64,000 nucleotides of DNA. It comes from a virus. Lineage: Duplodnaviria > Caudoviricetes. The notes under the pieces are model-generated. The model did not search any database, had not been told where the DNA came from, and saw only the letters and a list, made by a program, of their open reading frames with translations. This document shows, one piece after another, positions 1 to 10,426 of this stretch. Where the stretch lies: the IMG/VR virus record IMGVR_UViG_3300046839_000055, positions 64,001 through 128,000 of that record; one strand, given 5' to 3'. Position 1 is the stretch's first letter. Every line of letters starts with the position of its first letter. A program made the translations under genes and the position numbers.

Positions 1-174
1 CCTTGCAAGCAGGAATTCTTCTGCAGTGGTCTCCGGCTGACACGCATATGCCGTGATAAGCTCTCCGTCTTCCGTCTTTTCCGGATTCTGTGAATATTCA
101 AGCCGCTCATGCATGCTTGCAGATGCACCTTTACTCTTGTTCACATGCAGAGCGATCAGTCTTGTCGCTGCCAT
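1..174 (-). CDS. MOBP-type relaxase, N-terminal part (runs off window)
   Basis: Hand translation from ATG 174 after RBS AGGAGG: MAATRLIALHVNKSKG...LEYSQNPEKTEDGELITAYACQPETTAEEFLL; lies downstream of mobC. Confidence 0.85.
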   Translation of the reverse strand, partial: MAATRLIALHVNKSKGASASMHERLEYSQNPEKTEDGELITAYACQPETTAEEFLLAR

Positions 175-264
175 TTTCTCCTCCTGATAAGCATAAAAAA
201 CGGGGACCATCCCACCAAAAGAAGCGGAATAGTCCCCGGAAAATCATGATTTTATGTTGGTACG

Positions 265-558
265 TTACGAGCGGATGAATCCTCCGATGCCCTCCCTTGC
301 AAGCTCCAGCAGAACAATGACAACAGCTGCTGCAAAGATCACGAGGAAGCCGGCCACTGCCATTCCTGTCAGGATCAGGCATTGCGTCCATTTCTGTACG
401 AACAGGAACCAGATATCCCAGCCGATGATAAAGAACATCAGCGGTCCGATGACATAGCTCGAAAGATTGGTCAGAAACTTAAACAGAAGCTCAACAGTCC
501 CGACAATCAGAAACAGCGGAACTGCGAGGATTTTGAAAATGATGCGAATCGCCAGCAT
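265..558 (-). CDS. CD1845-family small membrane protein
   Basis: Hydrophobic MLAIRIIFKILAVPL...; position between mobC and relaxase. Confidence 0.7.
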   Translation of the reverse strand: MLAIRIIFKILAVPLFLIVGTVELLFKFLTNLSSYVIGPLMFFIIGWDIWFLFVQKWTQCLILTGMAVAGFLVIFAAAVVIVLLELAREGIGGFIRS

Positions 559-636
559 GGTTTCTCTGCCTCCTTTTCCATTGCTGGTTTCAGTAAAACA
601 GAGCAATCTGATGATTGCAAGGATGTCGATGCGGAA

Positions 637-966
637 TTACCGCACCGCAGAGAGCGCCTCGAGAATTCCTTTTCCCGCCTCCAAGATCCTGCCAAACTGT
701 TCCTGCAGATCCCGGATGTCCTCTTCATAAATGCTGCCGTCGGTATTTGCACGTTTTGCGTACTGATTCAGGTTGTTCCCGCAGCGCTGCAGAAGGTATA
801 CCAGCTGTCGGATATCCTTCAGATCCAGATGAATGCAGTAACCCTCCATGACCATCTTGCGGATATATGCGCTTCGATTCTGAATGCCAAGTTCCTTCAT
901 CCTCTCGTCGATCCGCTGCAATTCCTCACCAGTAAACCGAAAGCAGATGATCTCCTCTCTCTTCAT
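637..966 (-). CDS. mobC: Relaxosome accessory protein MobC
   Basis: RHH-like N-terminus; LQRCGNNLNQYAKRAN motif. Confidence 0.9.
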   Translation of the reverse strand: MKREEIICFRFTGEELQRIDERMKELGIQNRSAYIRKMVMEGYCIHLDLKDIRQLVYLLQRCGNNLNQYAKRANTDGSIYEEDIRDLQEQFGRILEAGKGILEALSAVR

Positions 967-1166
967 GGCTCCTGCATACCGATGCTTTCAAACTCCTGCT
1001 CAGAGATTTGCTGCAATTTTCCAATCACACTGGCAAGCATCTGGTCCAGATCTGTCTCATCCGCCTGCAGTTTCCCCTGTACTTTCTTCATGGCAATGAT
1101 GGTATCCTGCAGGCTGTTCTCTCCATAAAGCATCAGCAGAATCTTTTCATCCTGATTCCATTCCAT
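963..1166 (-). CDS. Transposon-transfer assisting (TnpW-like) protein
   Basis: 67 aa, MEWNQDEKILLMLYG...KLQQISEQEF pattern; adjacent to mobC. Confidence 0.7.
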   Translation of the reverse strand: MEWNQDEKILLMLYGENSLQDTIIAMKKVQGKLQADETDLDQMLASVIGKLQQISEQEFESIGMQEP

Positions 1167-1174
1167 ATCCTCTC

Positions 1175-1789
1175 CTATTCCCTGTTCCTCTCCGGAGGCT
1201 TCAGCCCGAAAAACGGAGATGTTTCCTTCTCACGCATCCCATTCAGTTGCTCCAGAACAGATTCCTTTTTCTTCTCGCATTTGCACGGCATCGTTTCCTC
1301 CGGAATGTTGTTCACCACACCGTCGAGCATATTATCATTCTGCTCCAGCATGTCCTCCAGTGTGCGGAGGTGGTTCTTCTGAGAATAAAAGCCCTCGAGC
1401 GGCGTGAATCCTACTGCATCCACATAATGCGCGGAAACCAATCCGTTCTGCCGCAGCATCACCACGTCGCTGACCGAGAGACTATGCCCATAGAAATCAT
1501 CCGGACGAGCTACGTTGAATTTCTCATACAATTTTTCCAGCATCACATTCTGATCGGTAAACGGCAGGAGCGGTGCTGCATAGACGACCTCATAGTGATC
1601 AATATCCGGTTCTCTCCCAGCATTCCGCAGACGCTCATAGGACTCAAACCGCACGTCCCTTGTCTCCTCAGAATGACGAAGCTGAAGAATCGCATACGTG
1701 TCGGTACTGTTTGTCAGAAACGCTTCGATCCGGTCCTCCTCCGCTCTTCCGTTGACCTCATCCCATTTCACAATATCTCTGCTCATCAC
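1175..1789 (-). CDS. YodL-domain protein with DUF4316-like tail
   Basis: YAILQL...LEKLYEKFNVARPDDFYGHSLSVSDVV...HYVDAVGF; NHLRTLEDMLEQNDNMLDGVVNN. Confidence 0.85.
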   Translation of the reverse strand: MMSRDIVKWDEVNGRAEEDRIEAFLTNSTDTYAILQLRHSEETRDVRFESYERLRNAGREPDIDHYEVVYAAPLLPFTDQNVMLEKLYEKFNVARPDDFYGHSLSVSDVVMLRQNGLVSAHYVDAVGFTPLEGFYSQKNHLRTLEDMLEQNDNMLDGVVNNIPEETMPCKCEKKKESVLEQLNGMREKETSPFFGLKPPERNRE

Positions 1790-2097
1790 AGTTCCTCCAT
1801 GACTGCAAACGGCGAGCCATATACCTTCGCTCTCTCCTTTGCGGCGATACTCTGCTGATGTCTTCGCTCTTCACTGTACGGCTGTCGGATACCGATGCTG
1901 CTTTTCGGCACCGTAAACCGCAGACAGTTCTGCAATCCCTGCTCCTGCAGAATGAAAAGTTCCGGATACTTGATCGAAAGTTTCAAAAGACGCTTTCCGA
2001 TCCTTCGGTCATGGGTATAGATCTCTGCGGTATCGAGTTCATTGTCCCAGCAGATAATTGTCTCCTGCTCTGCGGGAGACAGATGATAATTCTTCAT
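1786..2097 (-). CDS. Conserved ICE hypothetical protein
   Basis: LSPAEQETII...AEIYTHD pattern; overlapping start/stop with neighbours. Confidence 0.65.
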   Translation of the reverse strand: MKNYHLSPAEQETIICWDNELDTAEIYTHDRRIGKRLLKLSIKYPELFILQEQGLQNCLRFTVPKSSIGIRQPYSEERRHQQSIAAKERAKVYGSPFAVMEEL

Positions 2098-2462
2098 CGC
2101 ATATCCTCCTTGACAAGCACGCAGCTCTCCTTTGCCAGCGCCGGTTTATGTTTCGAGAGTTCCTCAATCCGATCCAGTATCGACTGCTTTTGTTCATGAG
2201 TGAGCTTTCCTCTGCTCTCATAACGGTCCATCAGTCGCAGAATATCTTCCGCTTCCCCGGCAAAATCGCCTTCTTCCTCGACGACCTCCTTCAGATACTC
2301 CCGGAATCCGGAAAGATGTCCTTTCCGCAATTCTTCCCGGATCTGCTCAAAGCCCTCTTCTCTTGTTTCCACAGCGTCCATATAGCCATAGGGATCAAAG
2401 TCATACCCGAACTGATCCAGCTTCGCTGCCAGCTCGTCCAGCGTTACATTTCCTTCTTTCAT
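2094..2462 (-). CDS. Hypothetical protein
   Basis: Acidic helical ORF, translationally coupled to both neighbours. Confidence 0.6.
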   Translation of the reverse strand: MKEGNVTLDELAAKLDQFGYDFDPYGYMDAVETREEGFEQIREELRKGHLSGFREYLKEVVEEEGDFAGEAEDILRLMDRYESRGKLTHEQKQSILDRIEELSKHKPALAKESCVLVKEDMR

Positions 2463-4528
2463 GTGCTCCTCTTTTCAAATTCCATGCGGAAGGCCGGCCT
2501 CTGCTGATCGTCTGCTGTCATATATAGCATTGCGTTGTACTTCTTCCCTGTCCGCTGGGAAAAGCAGCCCTTCAGGAACGTATGCCCCTCTGACAACAGT
2601 TCCCTGATCATCGGTTCTCTCAGTTCCTGACCAATCTTCCTGAAATACGCATTGTTCTTCCAGAGTCCGAAGCGGCAGCCATCATTGTTGCAGAACCATC
2701 CTTTCTGGGACTCCCTGACCTCTGCCCCGCATACAGGGCATTTTCCTACTGTCTTTCTTTCGTCCATCTTCACAACCTCCTTCTGACCCGTTTCCTGAAC
2801 GATGTTTTTTACCAGCGCTGCAATCTCGCGCATAAAGTCCTCCGGCTGCATCTGGCTCTTTTCGACCTGCAATAGCTTCTGCTCCCATTCTGCGGTCATG
2901 GCTGGAGACCGGATGATCTCCGGCACTGCTTCAATCAGTGCGGTTCCTGTTGCGGTCGGAATCAGGTGTTTCACCTTCTTGTCAGAGACACGCTCCAGAA
3001 AGCTCTTCGAAACCAGCTTCTCGATGATCGCTGCCCTCGTTGCAGGTGTACCCAGTCCTTTCCGCTCCGCCTCATCCGGTGTCTCTCTCGCCCCTGCCTT
3101 CTCCATTGCCGCAAGCAGAGAATCTTCCGTGTAATGCTTTGGCGGTTCTGTCTTTCCCTCCCGGCATTCGGCCTTTGAAAACGGAAGAATAGTTCCTTCC
3201 GGCAGCTTGGGAAGCACCGAAGCTTCCTTTTTCTTCTTGTTGTCAAAGTGCTCTTCAATATGCCTCCAGCCTGCATCCTGCAATGTCTTACCAGCAGCGG
3301 TGAAGGTATCTCCGCCTGCCGTAAGAACTGCTTTTGTCTGCGTATAACTCAGGGGACCGGCAACTGCAGTAAGAAGGCGGCATGCAACCAGCGTCAGCAC
3401 TTCCTTCTCTCCCTTGGAAAGTGAATCAAGCTCTGCGCCTGCCATTGTCTTTGTCGGAATCACCGCATGATGGTCTGAGACCTTGCTACTGTTGATAACC
3501 TGCTCCGGATGAACAGCAAGCTCTCCGGTCCAGCCAAACTTCGCTGCTACAGACTGGCAGAGTTCCGGCAGGATCTCCGCCATATCTCCTGTCAGATATC
3601 TGCTGTCTGTGCGGGGATAGGTGACAAGCTTCTTTTCATATAGGCTCTGCAGATAATCCAGCGTCTGCTTTGCGGTGTAGCCAAGTATTCGGTTTGCTTC
3701 CCGCTGCAGACTCGTGAGATCAAAAAGCTGCGGAGGCTTCTCCGTCTTGCTATGCTCCTCGATCTTCTTTACAAGAGCCTTTCGTTCTTGCATGCATCGT
3801 TCCAGCAGCATTGCTGCCTCATTCTGTACTGCAAATCGCCTGCTCACAGCATCAAAACCGGGCAGATGGAGCGTTACCGTGTAAAACGGGACAGGAACGA
3901 AAGATGCGATTTCCTTTTCCCGTTCCACGGTCAGTGCCAGAGTCGGCGTCATGACTCTGCCAATATTCAGCGTCTTTCCATACAGACATGAAAAAAGCCG
4001 GGTTGCATTGATCCCGACAATCCAGTCGGCACGTTCCCGGCATAGCGCTGATTGGTACAGCGCATCATATGCAGTTGAAGACTGTAGCTTTGCAAATCCT
4101 TCCCGGATCGCCGCATCCTCCATCGAGGAAATCCAGAGGCGATCAAATGGCTTCCGGCATCCGCTCTGCAGGTAGACGAGCCGGAAGATCAGTTCTCCCT
4201 CTCTTCCGGCATCGGTTGCCTCCACAATGCTGTCTACATCCTTTCGCTCCATCAGCTTTTTCAGCAGGCTGTACTGCTTTCGTGTTCCGGAAGAGACGCG
4301 GTACTTCCAATGCTCCGGAAGAATCGGAAGACTCTCCATGTTCCATGTTTTGAAACGAGAATCATACTCCTGCGGCTCTGCAAGCTCTATGAGATGTCCG
4401 AAACACCAGCTCACAAGATATCCGTTTCCCTCAAGATAACCATCCTTCCGGTCACCTGCGTCGATCACTCTGGCAATGCTATGGGCAACGGATGGCTTTT
4501 CCGCTATAACGAGTTTGAATCCCATCAC
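2459..4528 (-). CDS. topB: DNA topoisomerase III
   Basis: IAEKPSVA, ATDAGREGE, catalytic TYPRTDS, GLGTPATRA, C-terminal Zn ribbon. Confidence 0.95.
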   Translation of the reverse strand: MMGFKLVIAEKPSVAHSIARVIDAGDRKDGYLEGNGYLVSWCFGHLIELAEPQEYDSRFKTWNMESLPILPEHWKYRVSSGTRKQYSLLKKLMERKDVDSIVEATDAGREGELIFRLVYLQSGCRKPFDRLWISSMEDAAIREGFAKLQSSTAYDALYQSALCRERADWIVGINATRLFSCLYGKTLNIGRVMTPTLALTVEREKEIASFVPVPFYTVTLHLPGFDAVSRRFAVQNEAAMLLERCMQERKALVKKIEEHSKTEKPPQLFDLTSLQREANRILGYTAKQTLDYLQSLYEKKLVTYPRTDSRYLTGDMAEILPELCQSVAAKFGWTGELAVHPEQVINSSKVSDHHAVIPTKTMAGAELDSLSKGEKEVLTLVACRLLTAVAGPLSYTQTKAVLTAGGDTFTAAGKTLQDAGWRHIEEHFDNKKKKEASVLPKLPEGTILPFSKAECREGKTEPPKHYTEDSLLAAMEKAGARETPDEAERKGLGTPATRAAIIEKLVSKSFLERVSDKKVKHLIPTATGTALIEAVPEIIRSPAMTAEWEQKLLQVEKSQMQPEDFMREIAALVKNIVQETGQKEVVKMDERKTVGKCPVCGAEVRESQKGWFCNNDGCRFGLWKNNAYFRKIGQELREPMIRELLSEGHTFLKGCFSQRTGKKYNAMLYMTADDQQRPAFRMEFEKRST

Positions 4529-4934
4529 AGCACCTCTTCCCGGTTAGTGAGCGACGGTTTCTTTGCCGGTGCGGACTTCTTGTTTACCGACGCTTTCAGC
4601 TCTGCGCAGATAGACTTTTTCGGATGGTCTGCATTTACACCGACATTTAGACCGACATTTCTTCCGACATTTGTACCGACATCTGCCCGGGTTTCAGTTG
4701 TTGCCGCCACTTCCACAATAGATTCCTTGCCCTTTGCTTTCTCCTTCTGAAGATCGAACAGATGCCCGTCAATCTTTCCGATCAGATCACTTGCTGCAGA
4801 GCGGATCGTCTCAAGCGATGCCTTCAGCTCTGTCGTTTCACGTCCCGTGGACCAACCGGCGATATACCCGAAGGAGTAGTCCGAGGTTTCAATGCCGTAA
4901 TGCTGGCAGACGGTATAGGCAACACTCTCCGCCT
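4525..4934 (-). pseudogene. 3' fragment of RadC-ArdC/LtrC-like gene, separated by the RIT insertion
   Basis: AESVAYTVCQHYGIETSDYSFGYIAGWS continues in frame from ...RTKEVQ at 9083-9100. Confidence 0.85.
4640..4684. repeat. Four CCGACAT(T/C)T units at 12-bp period (encode NVGx)
   Basis: Units at 4640, 4652, 4664, 4676. Confidence 0.85.
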
Positions 4935-5046
4935 CAAATGGATACATTAACATTTGAGGCGTTATACTCAGCATTCCAAAATGTTAATCATTTTAAAGAA
5001 TGCTGAGAAATAAGACGTTTTACTACTAAAAAATGAGCATTATTCG

Positions 5047-6084
5047 TTAGCGCAATCCACAAAGTCTTGCCATTTCATCTTCGTTGCCCTCCCACATTGG
5101 TGCTTCATCAGATACAGGTGTTGGAACAGATTCCATTGCGTCTCTAAGCTGTTCAACCGATGGCTTTGCATAGTAGCTTTTGGTTGTATCAGTTCTGGCA
5201 TGTCCTAATACTGTAGAAACAAGCTCAATGGCGATTCCATCCTGATAAAGATTTGTGGCTCTGGTCCGGCGGAACATGTGACAGTGAACCGAATTCGGAA
5301 GGCTAATCCCTGTTTCACTGACAAGAGCTGCATATTTTTTTATAATCCGCTGGACATTTCCAACGGACATCCTGTCTGTTACACCTTTTATCGTTGTGGA
5401 AAATAAATATGCTTCTTTGGAAGAATTACTGTGATATACACGTATATATTCCCTAAGGTGTTCGACTGCTTTAGCTGTTAATTGTATGGTTCTCTCTTTG
5501 TTACCTTTGCCGGTTATGAAAATATTGGGATATTTTGATTCCATTGCGATATCACATAAGCGAATGTTAAGCAGCTCACTGATTCTTACAGCTGTATCGT
5601 AGAGAAGAATCAAAATAGCACGGTCTCGTACACCGAATTTCGTATTCGGCGGTGCGGACAGTATTGCAGCAAGTGCATCATCGGACAGAATAGGTTTTTC
5701 TTTTTTAATGGTTTTGCATGGTGAGATCTGACTGATTGCCAGGGCAACTGATTGGATTGATATGTCCATATCCGAGGCATAGTTCAGATAGGCACGGATA
5801 GCCGCAACTCTTACATTTACAGTGGATGGCTGGCTGCCATTTGCAAGCAGATATTCTCTAAAATTATAAATACATTCTTTGGTGCAATCGGAAAACTGAA
5901 AGGTACTTATGGACTTACCTAATTCACCTACAAGGTAGTTTTTAAATATTGTAAGGGAATCCCTGTAGGATTCTGCTGTAGCCTGACTGCGCCCGGCCTG
6001 CTTTACCAAATAAACATTTAGAAAGTTCCATGTTTGAGAAAAGAACAGCTGGTCAGTCGATATCTTTGCTGATTTATTCTTCAT
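5047..6084 (-). CDS. Tyrosine recombinase (RIT C)
   Basis: R-ISE, GKGNKER, HCHMFRRTRAT, LGH...YY. Confidence 0.93.
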   Translation of the reverse strand: MKNKSAKISTDQLFFSQTWNFLNVYLVKQAGRSQATAESYRDSLTIFKNYLVGELGKSISTFQFSDCTKECIYNFREYLLANGSQPSTVNVRVAAIRAYLNYASDMDISIQSVALAISQISPCKTIKKEKPILSDDALAAILSAPPNTKFGVRDRAILILLYDTAVRISELLNIRLCDIAMESKYPNIFITGKGNKERTIQLTAKAVEHLREYIRVYHSNSSKEAYLFSTTIKGVTDRMSVGNVQRIIKKYAALVSETGISLPNSVHCHMFRRTRATNLYQDGIAIELVSTVLGHARTDTTKSYYAKPSVEQLRDAMESVPTPVSDEAPMWEGNEDEMARLCGLR

Positions 6085-7042
6085 AGGGAATCACCTCCGG
6101 AATGACCTTTCCAGACACTGAATCTTTCTCTCGGATAGTATCAAATGCCTTTTCTACAAGATGATAGTAATAATACGTTTCATCAGGACTTTTGTGTCCA
6201 AGGTATCTGCTTAAATATGGGAGCATAGTGTTTGTATCAATTCCCTGATGCATCCACTCATTAAATCTCTCTACTACAAAAGCATGGCGTAAACAGTGGG
6301 GTGTCGGATGTTTATCAATCATCTTGGCAACCGGAAGCATAGCCCAATGGCGGTTAAAACTTGATTCCACTCCAGAGCACGAAACAGGCTTATGTGGATC
6401 TTTTCCCGGAAAAGCCCAGTCAATTCCGGGGAAAAGCATTTCCTGATGTTCTTTATAGTTTTTAAGTACCGGAAGGCTATCCTGTGGAAGATATACAAGG
6501 CGGTCCTTGTTACCTTTTGAGCCAAGGACAGTAAGGATTCCTTTATCCAAGTCTATGTGCTCCCATTTTAGCAATCGCCCTTCTGACAGACGCAGACCAC
6601 AGCAAAATAACAAGAGAAAAAGAATCTTGCACTCTCTATCGAGTCTAAATTGTTCTGAATTATGAGACGTGCGGATATCCATTTTCTGTAGCAGTTCCTT
6701 AACTTCCTCTTTTGATGGAATGTAAAGAACCGGACGATAAGCCTTGCAGAAAAAATTAGGAATGTATGCTTCCTGACCAAGGGAAAGAATATATTCACTC
6801 AGCACTTTCACTATCGACATACGGCGATTATGATAGGCATCTCCTTCGCCTGGTCTGGCTTCAGACCATTTGGCTGCCATTTCATAGGTGACTGTTGTCA
6901 GTTCCGGATAATTCTGTACGCAAAAGGTATCAAAGCGTTTTAACAGCTTTTCTTCGGAATTATAGGCATATCCATCAGCTCTCTTTTGCTGTATAAGTCC
7001 TTCGATATGATGTGCCAGACCGCTCTCAAAAATGTATGTCAT
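6074..7042 (-). CDS. Tyrosine recombinase (RIT B)
   Basis: GLRLSE, SKGNKDR, HCLRHAF, YLGH...YY. Confidence 0.93.
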   Translation of the reverse strand: MTYIFESGLAHHIEGLIQQKRADGYAYNSEEKLLKRFDTFCVQNYPELTTVTYEMAAKWSEARPGEGDAYHNRRMSIVKVLSEYILSLGQEAYIPNFFCKAYRPVLYIPSKEEVKELLQKMDIRTSHNSEQFRLDRECKILFLLLFCCGLRLSEGRLLKWEHIDLDKGILTVLGSKGNKDRLVYLPQDSLPVLKNYKEHQEMLFPGIDWAFPGKDPHKPVSCSGVESSFNRHWAMLPVAKMIDKHPTPHCLRHAFVVERFNEWMHQGIDTNTMLPYLSRYLGHKSPDETYYYYHLVEKAFDTIREKDSVSGKVIPEVIPYEE

Positions 7043-8940
7043 GATAAAACACCTCCAAATTCCAGAGGGCAGAGCCTCATTTTATCTTCGTCACGTTCAA
7101 GATATACCTCAGCAGTTTCCTGACGTGCATGCCCGAGAGCATTAGAAATATCATCAAGTTTGTTGTCTGCCCGAAGCATTCTTGTGGCAAATGTTTTTCG
7201 TGTCATATGAAAGCCCTGACCAGCAGATAATTCAAATCCATATTCAGCAAGTATTCTTTTTAAAGCTCCACGGCACGCCGTTGTAACTTTAAGCGGGAAA
7301 TATGGTGCCTGATGGCGGATAAATATATATCCGTTGCCTGTGACAGCCGATTCCGGGCGTCCATTCATGATGTATTTATATACTGAATTACCTACATCTG
7401 TTGGAACTGGAAGCGTTATTGCTTTTCTTGTTTTCTGCTGAATGAAAGAAACCGTTTTGTTTTTCCAGTCAAAATCATTTACCTGAAGCTTTAGGATGTC
7501 TGCTCCCCTGATACCCATTCGAAGTCCAAGCATGACCATGGCTGTGTCCCTGAGTTCCATGGGAGTAGAAGCTTTCTCACGATATTCATATATTTTCTCG
7601 ACCATATCATCGCTCAGAACATCAACTATGCTGCGATGAGGAGCACAGCTTGCAGATACTGCAAAAGCAAGTGTTGGTGAAATCAGATCCTGGTCAGCCA
7701 TGTACCGTAGAAGCTGACGAAGCTTGGTTCCATATGCATTTTTACTTTCCGGGGTCGAATGGACATCATGGTTATGAAATGCTTTAACTACATCGGGTGT
7801 TATGGAAACTGGATTATCTATTCCATTGTCTTCAAGATATTTGAAGAAACGGCATCCGGCTGCCCTGCACATGGTAAGTGTCTTATCGGTCATTCCATCC
7901 CGCCTGCGGCTTTCTATGAAACCATCAAGGATGCTTTTACTCCATGATGGAAGATGATCAGACGCACGCTTCGGCTCAGCGATTATGTTGGATTCCATTA
8001 TGCCCTGGAGATACTTTTCAAACATTCTGATAGTGTGTGAACGATGAGCTGATACGGAACAGCTGGCTTTGATCTGATTCGGACAATCCGGAAGTATATC
8101 TATCCATGATGTCACAGTTCCTGCCGAGTGTTCCAGATGGTTAAGTTCCAGGAACATGAAATACCATGTGAAATCATTGCGATAAACAGCTTTTGATGAT
8201 TCCCTATATTTCCAATCGTCCAGAGCGTCAAGATATTCATCAGCTTTAAGCTCAAGAGGTACACTCGGATGAAATGCGGTACCTGTTTTAGAAAGTCTCA
8301 TATTAAGCAGTTTTTCAACGTTCTCACCAAAAAGAACCAGCTGATAACACTCTGGAACATCACCTCTGCGGTGAAGATATTTCATAAGTGCTGTCATGGC
8401 ACATACGGCGTTCTGACGTCTGGCAAGAGATTTACGGGATTTGCAGTAAGTATTCCAGTATTCGATAAGAGTATCTATTGTTATTGCTTCCGGCTCTGTA
8501 ACTCCAAGGGAAGTAGCAAGCCTAAAGAACTCTTTGATGGCAACAGAATACGTATGGTAATAGCAGGGATTCTGTGTGGTCGCATAGTATTCTTCCAACT
8601 CATATGTCAGGCGAAAAAAGGATTCCGACATTCCGCTTCGGCAGAAAAAACTGTCTTCTGAGCGGCAGAAAGAATTTTTGATATTTCCAAAGAGCAGGTA
8701 ATGCTCAAGACGGAACAGGGCATTTCTATATTGAGAACACGTCTCATGGGAAATTTCCTGTTTTTTAATCTCAAGCCAGTCCAGTGCGGCATCCATTGAA
8801 AAAGGAATGCCCTTATCCATCAGGTACTTGAAGAGTGTAGTATAACAGGTTCTGTGCATGTCTATATTTTTACATGCACTGTCTGGCTGCTTCATCATAT
8901 TAAGAACTGATGAAATAGCATCTAAATAGTTTATTTGCAT
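7039..8940 (-). CDS. Tyrosine recombinase (RIT A), long 633 aa form
   Basis: MGIRGADI, QQKT, HMTRKTFAT, LGH...VY in C-terminal domain; extended N-terminus. Confidence 0.9.
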   Translation of the reverse strand: MQINYLDAISSVLNMMKQPDSACKNIDMHRTCYTTLFKYLMDKGIPFSMDAALDWLEIKKQEISHETCSQYRNALFRLEHYLLFGNIKNSFCRSEDSFFCRSGMSESFFRLTYELEEYYATTQNPCYYHTYSVAIKEFFRLATSLGVTEPEAITIDTLIEYWNTYCKSRKSLARRQNAVCAMTALMKYLHRRGDVPECYQLVLFGENVEKLLNMRLSKTGTAFHPSVPLELKADEYLDALDDWKYRESSKAVYRNDFTWYFMFLELNHLEHSAGTVTSWIDILPDCPNQIKASCSVSAHRSHTIRMFEKYLQGIMESNIIAEPKRASDHLPSWSKSILDGFIESRRRDGMTDKTLTMCRAAGCRFFKYLEDNGIDNPVSITPDVVKAFHNHDVHSTPESKNAYGTKLRQLLRYMADQDLISPTLAFAVSASCAPHRSIVDVLSDDMVEKIYEYREKASTPMELRDTAMVMLGLRMGIRGADILKLQVNDFDWKNKTVSFIQQKTRKAITLPVPTDVGNSVYKYIMNGRPESAVTGNGYIFIRHQAPYFPLKVTTACRGALKRILAEYGFELSAGQGFHMTRKTFATRMLRADNKLDDISNALGHARQETAEVYLERDEDKMRLCPLEFGGVLS

Positions 8941-9082
8941 ATCAAATGCGCTCCTTTCCGGTTTCCCATTCGAAGAGAAACCTAATAATAGCGTATCTGA
9001 TAATGCTCATCTTTTTTACAAGAAAGTGAGGATTTATGGGAAATAATTTAAAAAATCAACATTATAAAAACATGGGTATAAT

Positions 9083-10308
9083 GCCTGTACCTCTTTCGTC
9101 CTGGCATCCACATCTTCCTTGTCTTTTCCTGCATGGGGCGTTGCATGAGCGATCTCGTGAATCAGTGTCTTCACGGTCTGGATCTCGCTCATGCCGCTCT
9201 GAATGGCAATCCGATTATCCGCGGTATGAAAATACCCCTTGGCACCTCCCCGGATCTCTTCAAAGCCAACCGGAACCGGCGAGGTTTTCTCCAGCGCAGT
9301 GAGCAGACTGCTGTACCCATCGACGGATCCGATCAGTTCTTCGGTGCCAAGCGTTGGAAGCTCTTTTCCTTCGGTCTGGCTGATATCAAAGACCGTCGCA
9401 ACCCGGAAAGAAGGACGTTCCACCTCCACGGTTTCTTTCTTCGGTTTGCCGTCTGTATCCAATAGAGGCTGCCTTGTCTTTGGATCAATGACATTCTGCT
9501 CCGTCTTGACCTTATACGGTGCCGGTGCAATAATCTTGATCCCCTTTTCGCCGCGCTTTACCTGCCTGCCATGGTTTTTCTTCCACGACTGGTACCCGGC
9601 AACAAGCGTGGCATCCGGTTTCTGCATGCTGATGAGGATCGTATTATTCAAAGAATAGTTGTGGAACTTAGCCATGGTGGCAAGATACTGTCGGTACCTC
9701 TCACTGTTGAACAGATCGTGAACCCCCTGTTCCAGCTTGTCCGTGATCTCTGCGATGGTCTGCTGCGGCTTCTTCGCTGCAGGTTCCGATACCGTCTCTG
9801 CGCCAAGATGAAGATCCGACACATCTCTGGCATATTCCAGAGAAGGAACCTTTAATATTTTGTTTTCCTGAAACGAGTAGTAATGATCGTCATTGCCGAT
9901 GATGATATGGTCCACAATCGGTGTTCCAAGCAGCTCACAGATCTTTGCCATGCGGTCCGTCAGGGAAATATCATCCGGAGACGGCGTAAGGTTTCCACTC
10001 GGGTGGTTATGAAACAGCATGACCGATCCTGCGTTGGAGAGAATGATGCTCTTTAGGATCTCCCGCGGATGCGCAAGTGACTGGTTTAGTGTCCCGATGG
10101 AGACAATATTCATGTTAATTGGCTTCAGATCATTCCGAAGATTCACAACCGCCAGCACTTCCCGGTCATACCCCCTCAGCGTTTCCGACATCAGCCGGAC
10201 GGCGGCCTGCGGAGAGTTGACCGGTTCCGCGCTATAAAGCGGCGGCTCCTTGACCATCCGGATACCTACCTGATCCAGCTTATAGGGTTTACTGGAACTC
10301 ATCTGCAT
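9083..10308 (-). pseudogene. 5' part of RadC(JAB)-ArdC-like fusion interrupted by RIT
   Basis: JAB motif HNHPSGNLTPSPDD...VDHIII; ArdC-like FHNYSLNNTILI...QVKRGEKG; HEIAH metallopeptidase motif; the ORF reads on into the RIT end to a stop at 9034. Confidence 0.85.
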
Positions 10309-10426
10309 CTCCTCCGATCGGGATCACAAGAACAACCTCCTGATCCTTCATTTTCTCCATGGCATCCCGAATGGTTCCTGTCGTCGAAATGGCCTCATCC
10401 AAAACAGACTTCTCTTCTTCACGCAT
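10289..10426 (-). CDS. Small hypothetical protein (45 aa)
   Basis: Hand translation MREEEKSVLDEAISTTG...VLVIPIGGDADEFQ; RBS AAGGAG; overlaps next start. Confidence 0.5.
   Translation of the reverse strand: MREEEKSVLDEAISTTGTIRDAMEKMKDQEVVLVIPIGGDADEFQ

Larger units (their letters stand above)
4935..9082 (-). mobile_element. RIT (recombinase-in-trio) element
   Basis: Three overlapping tyrosine recombinase genes, AT-richer than flanks; terminal IR AGGC(G/A)TTATAC(T/C)CA at 4957 and ending 9086; inner IR ATGAGCATTAT 5033-5043/9000-9010; GCCT at both junctions. Confidence 0.85.
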
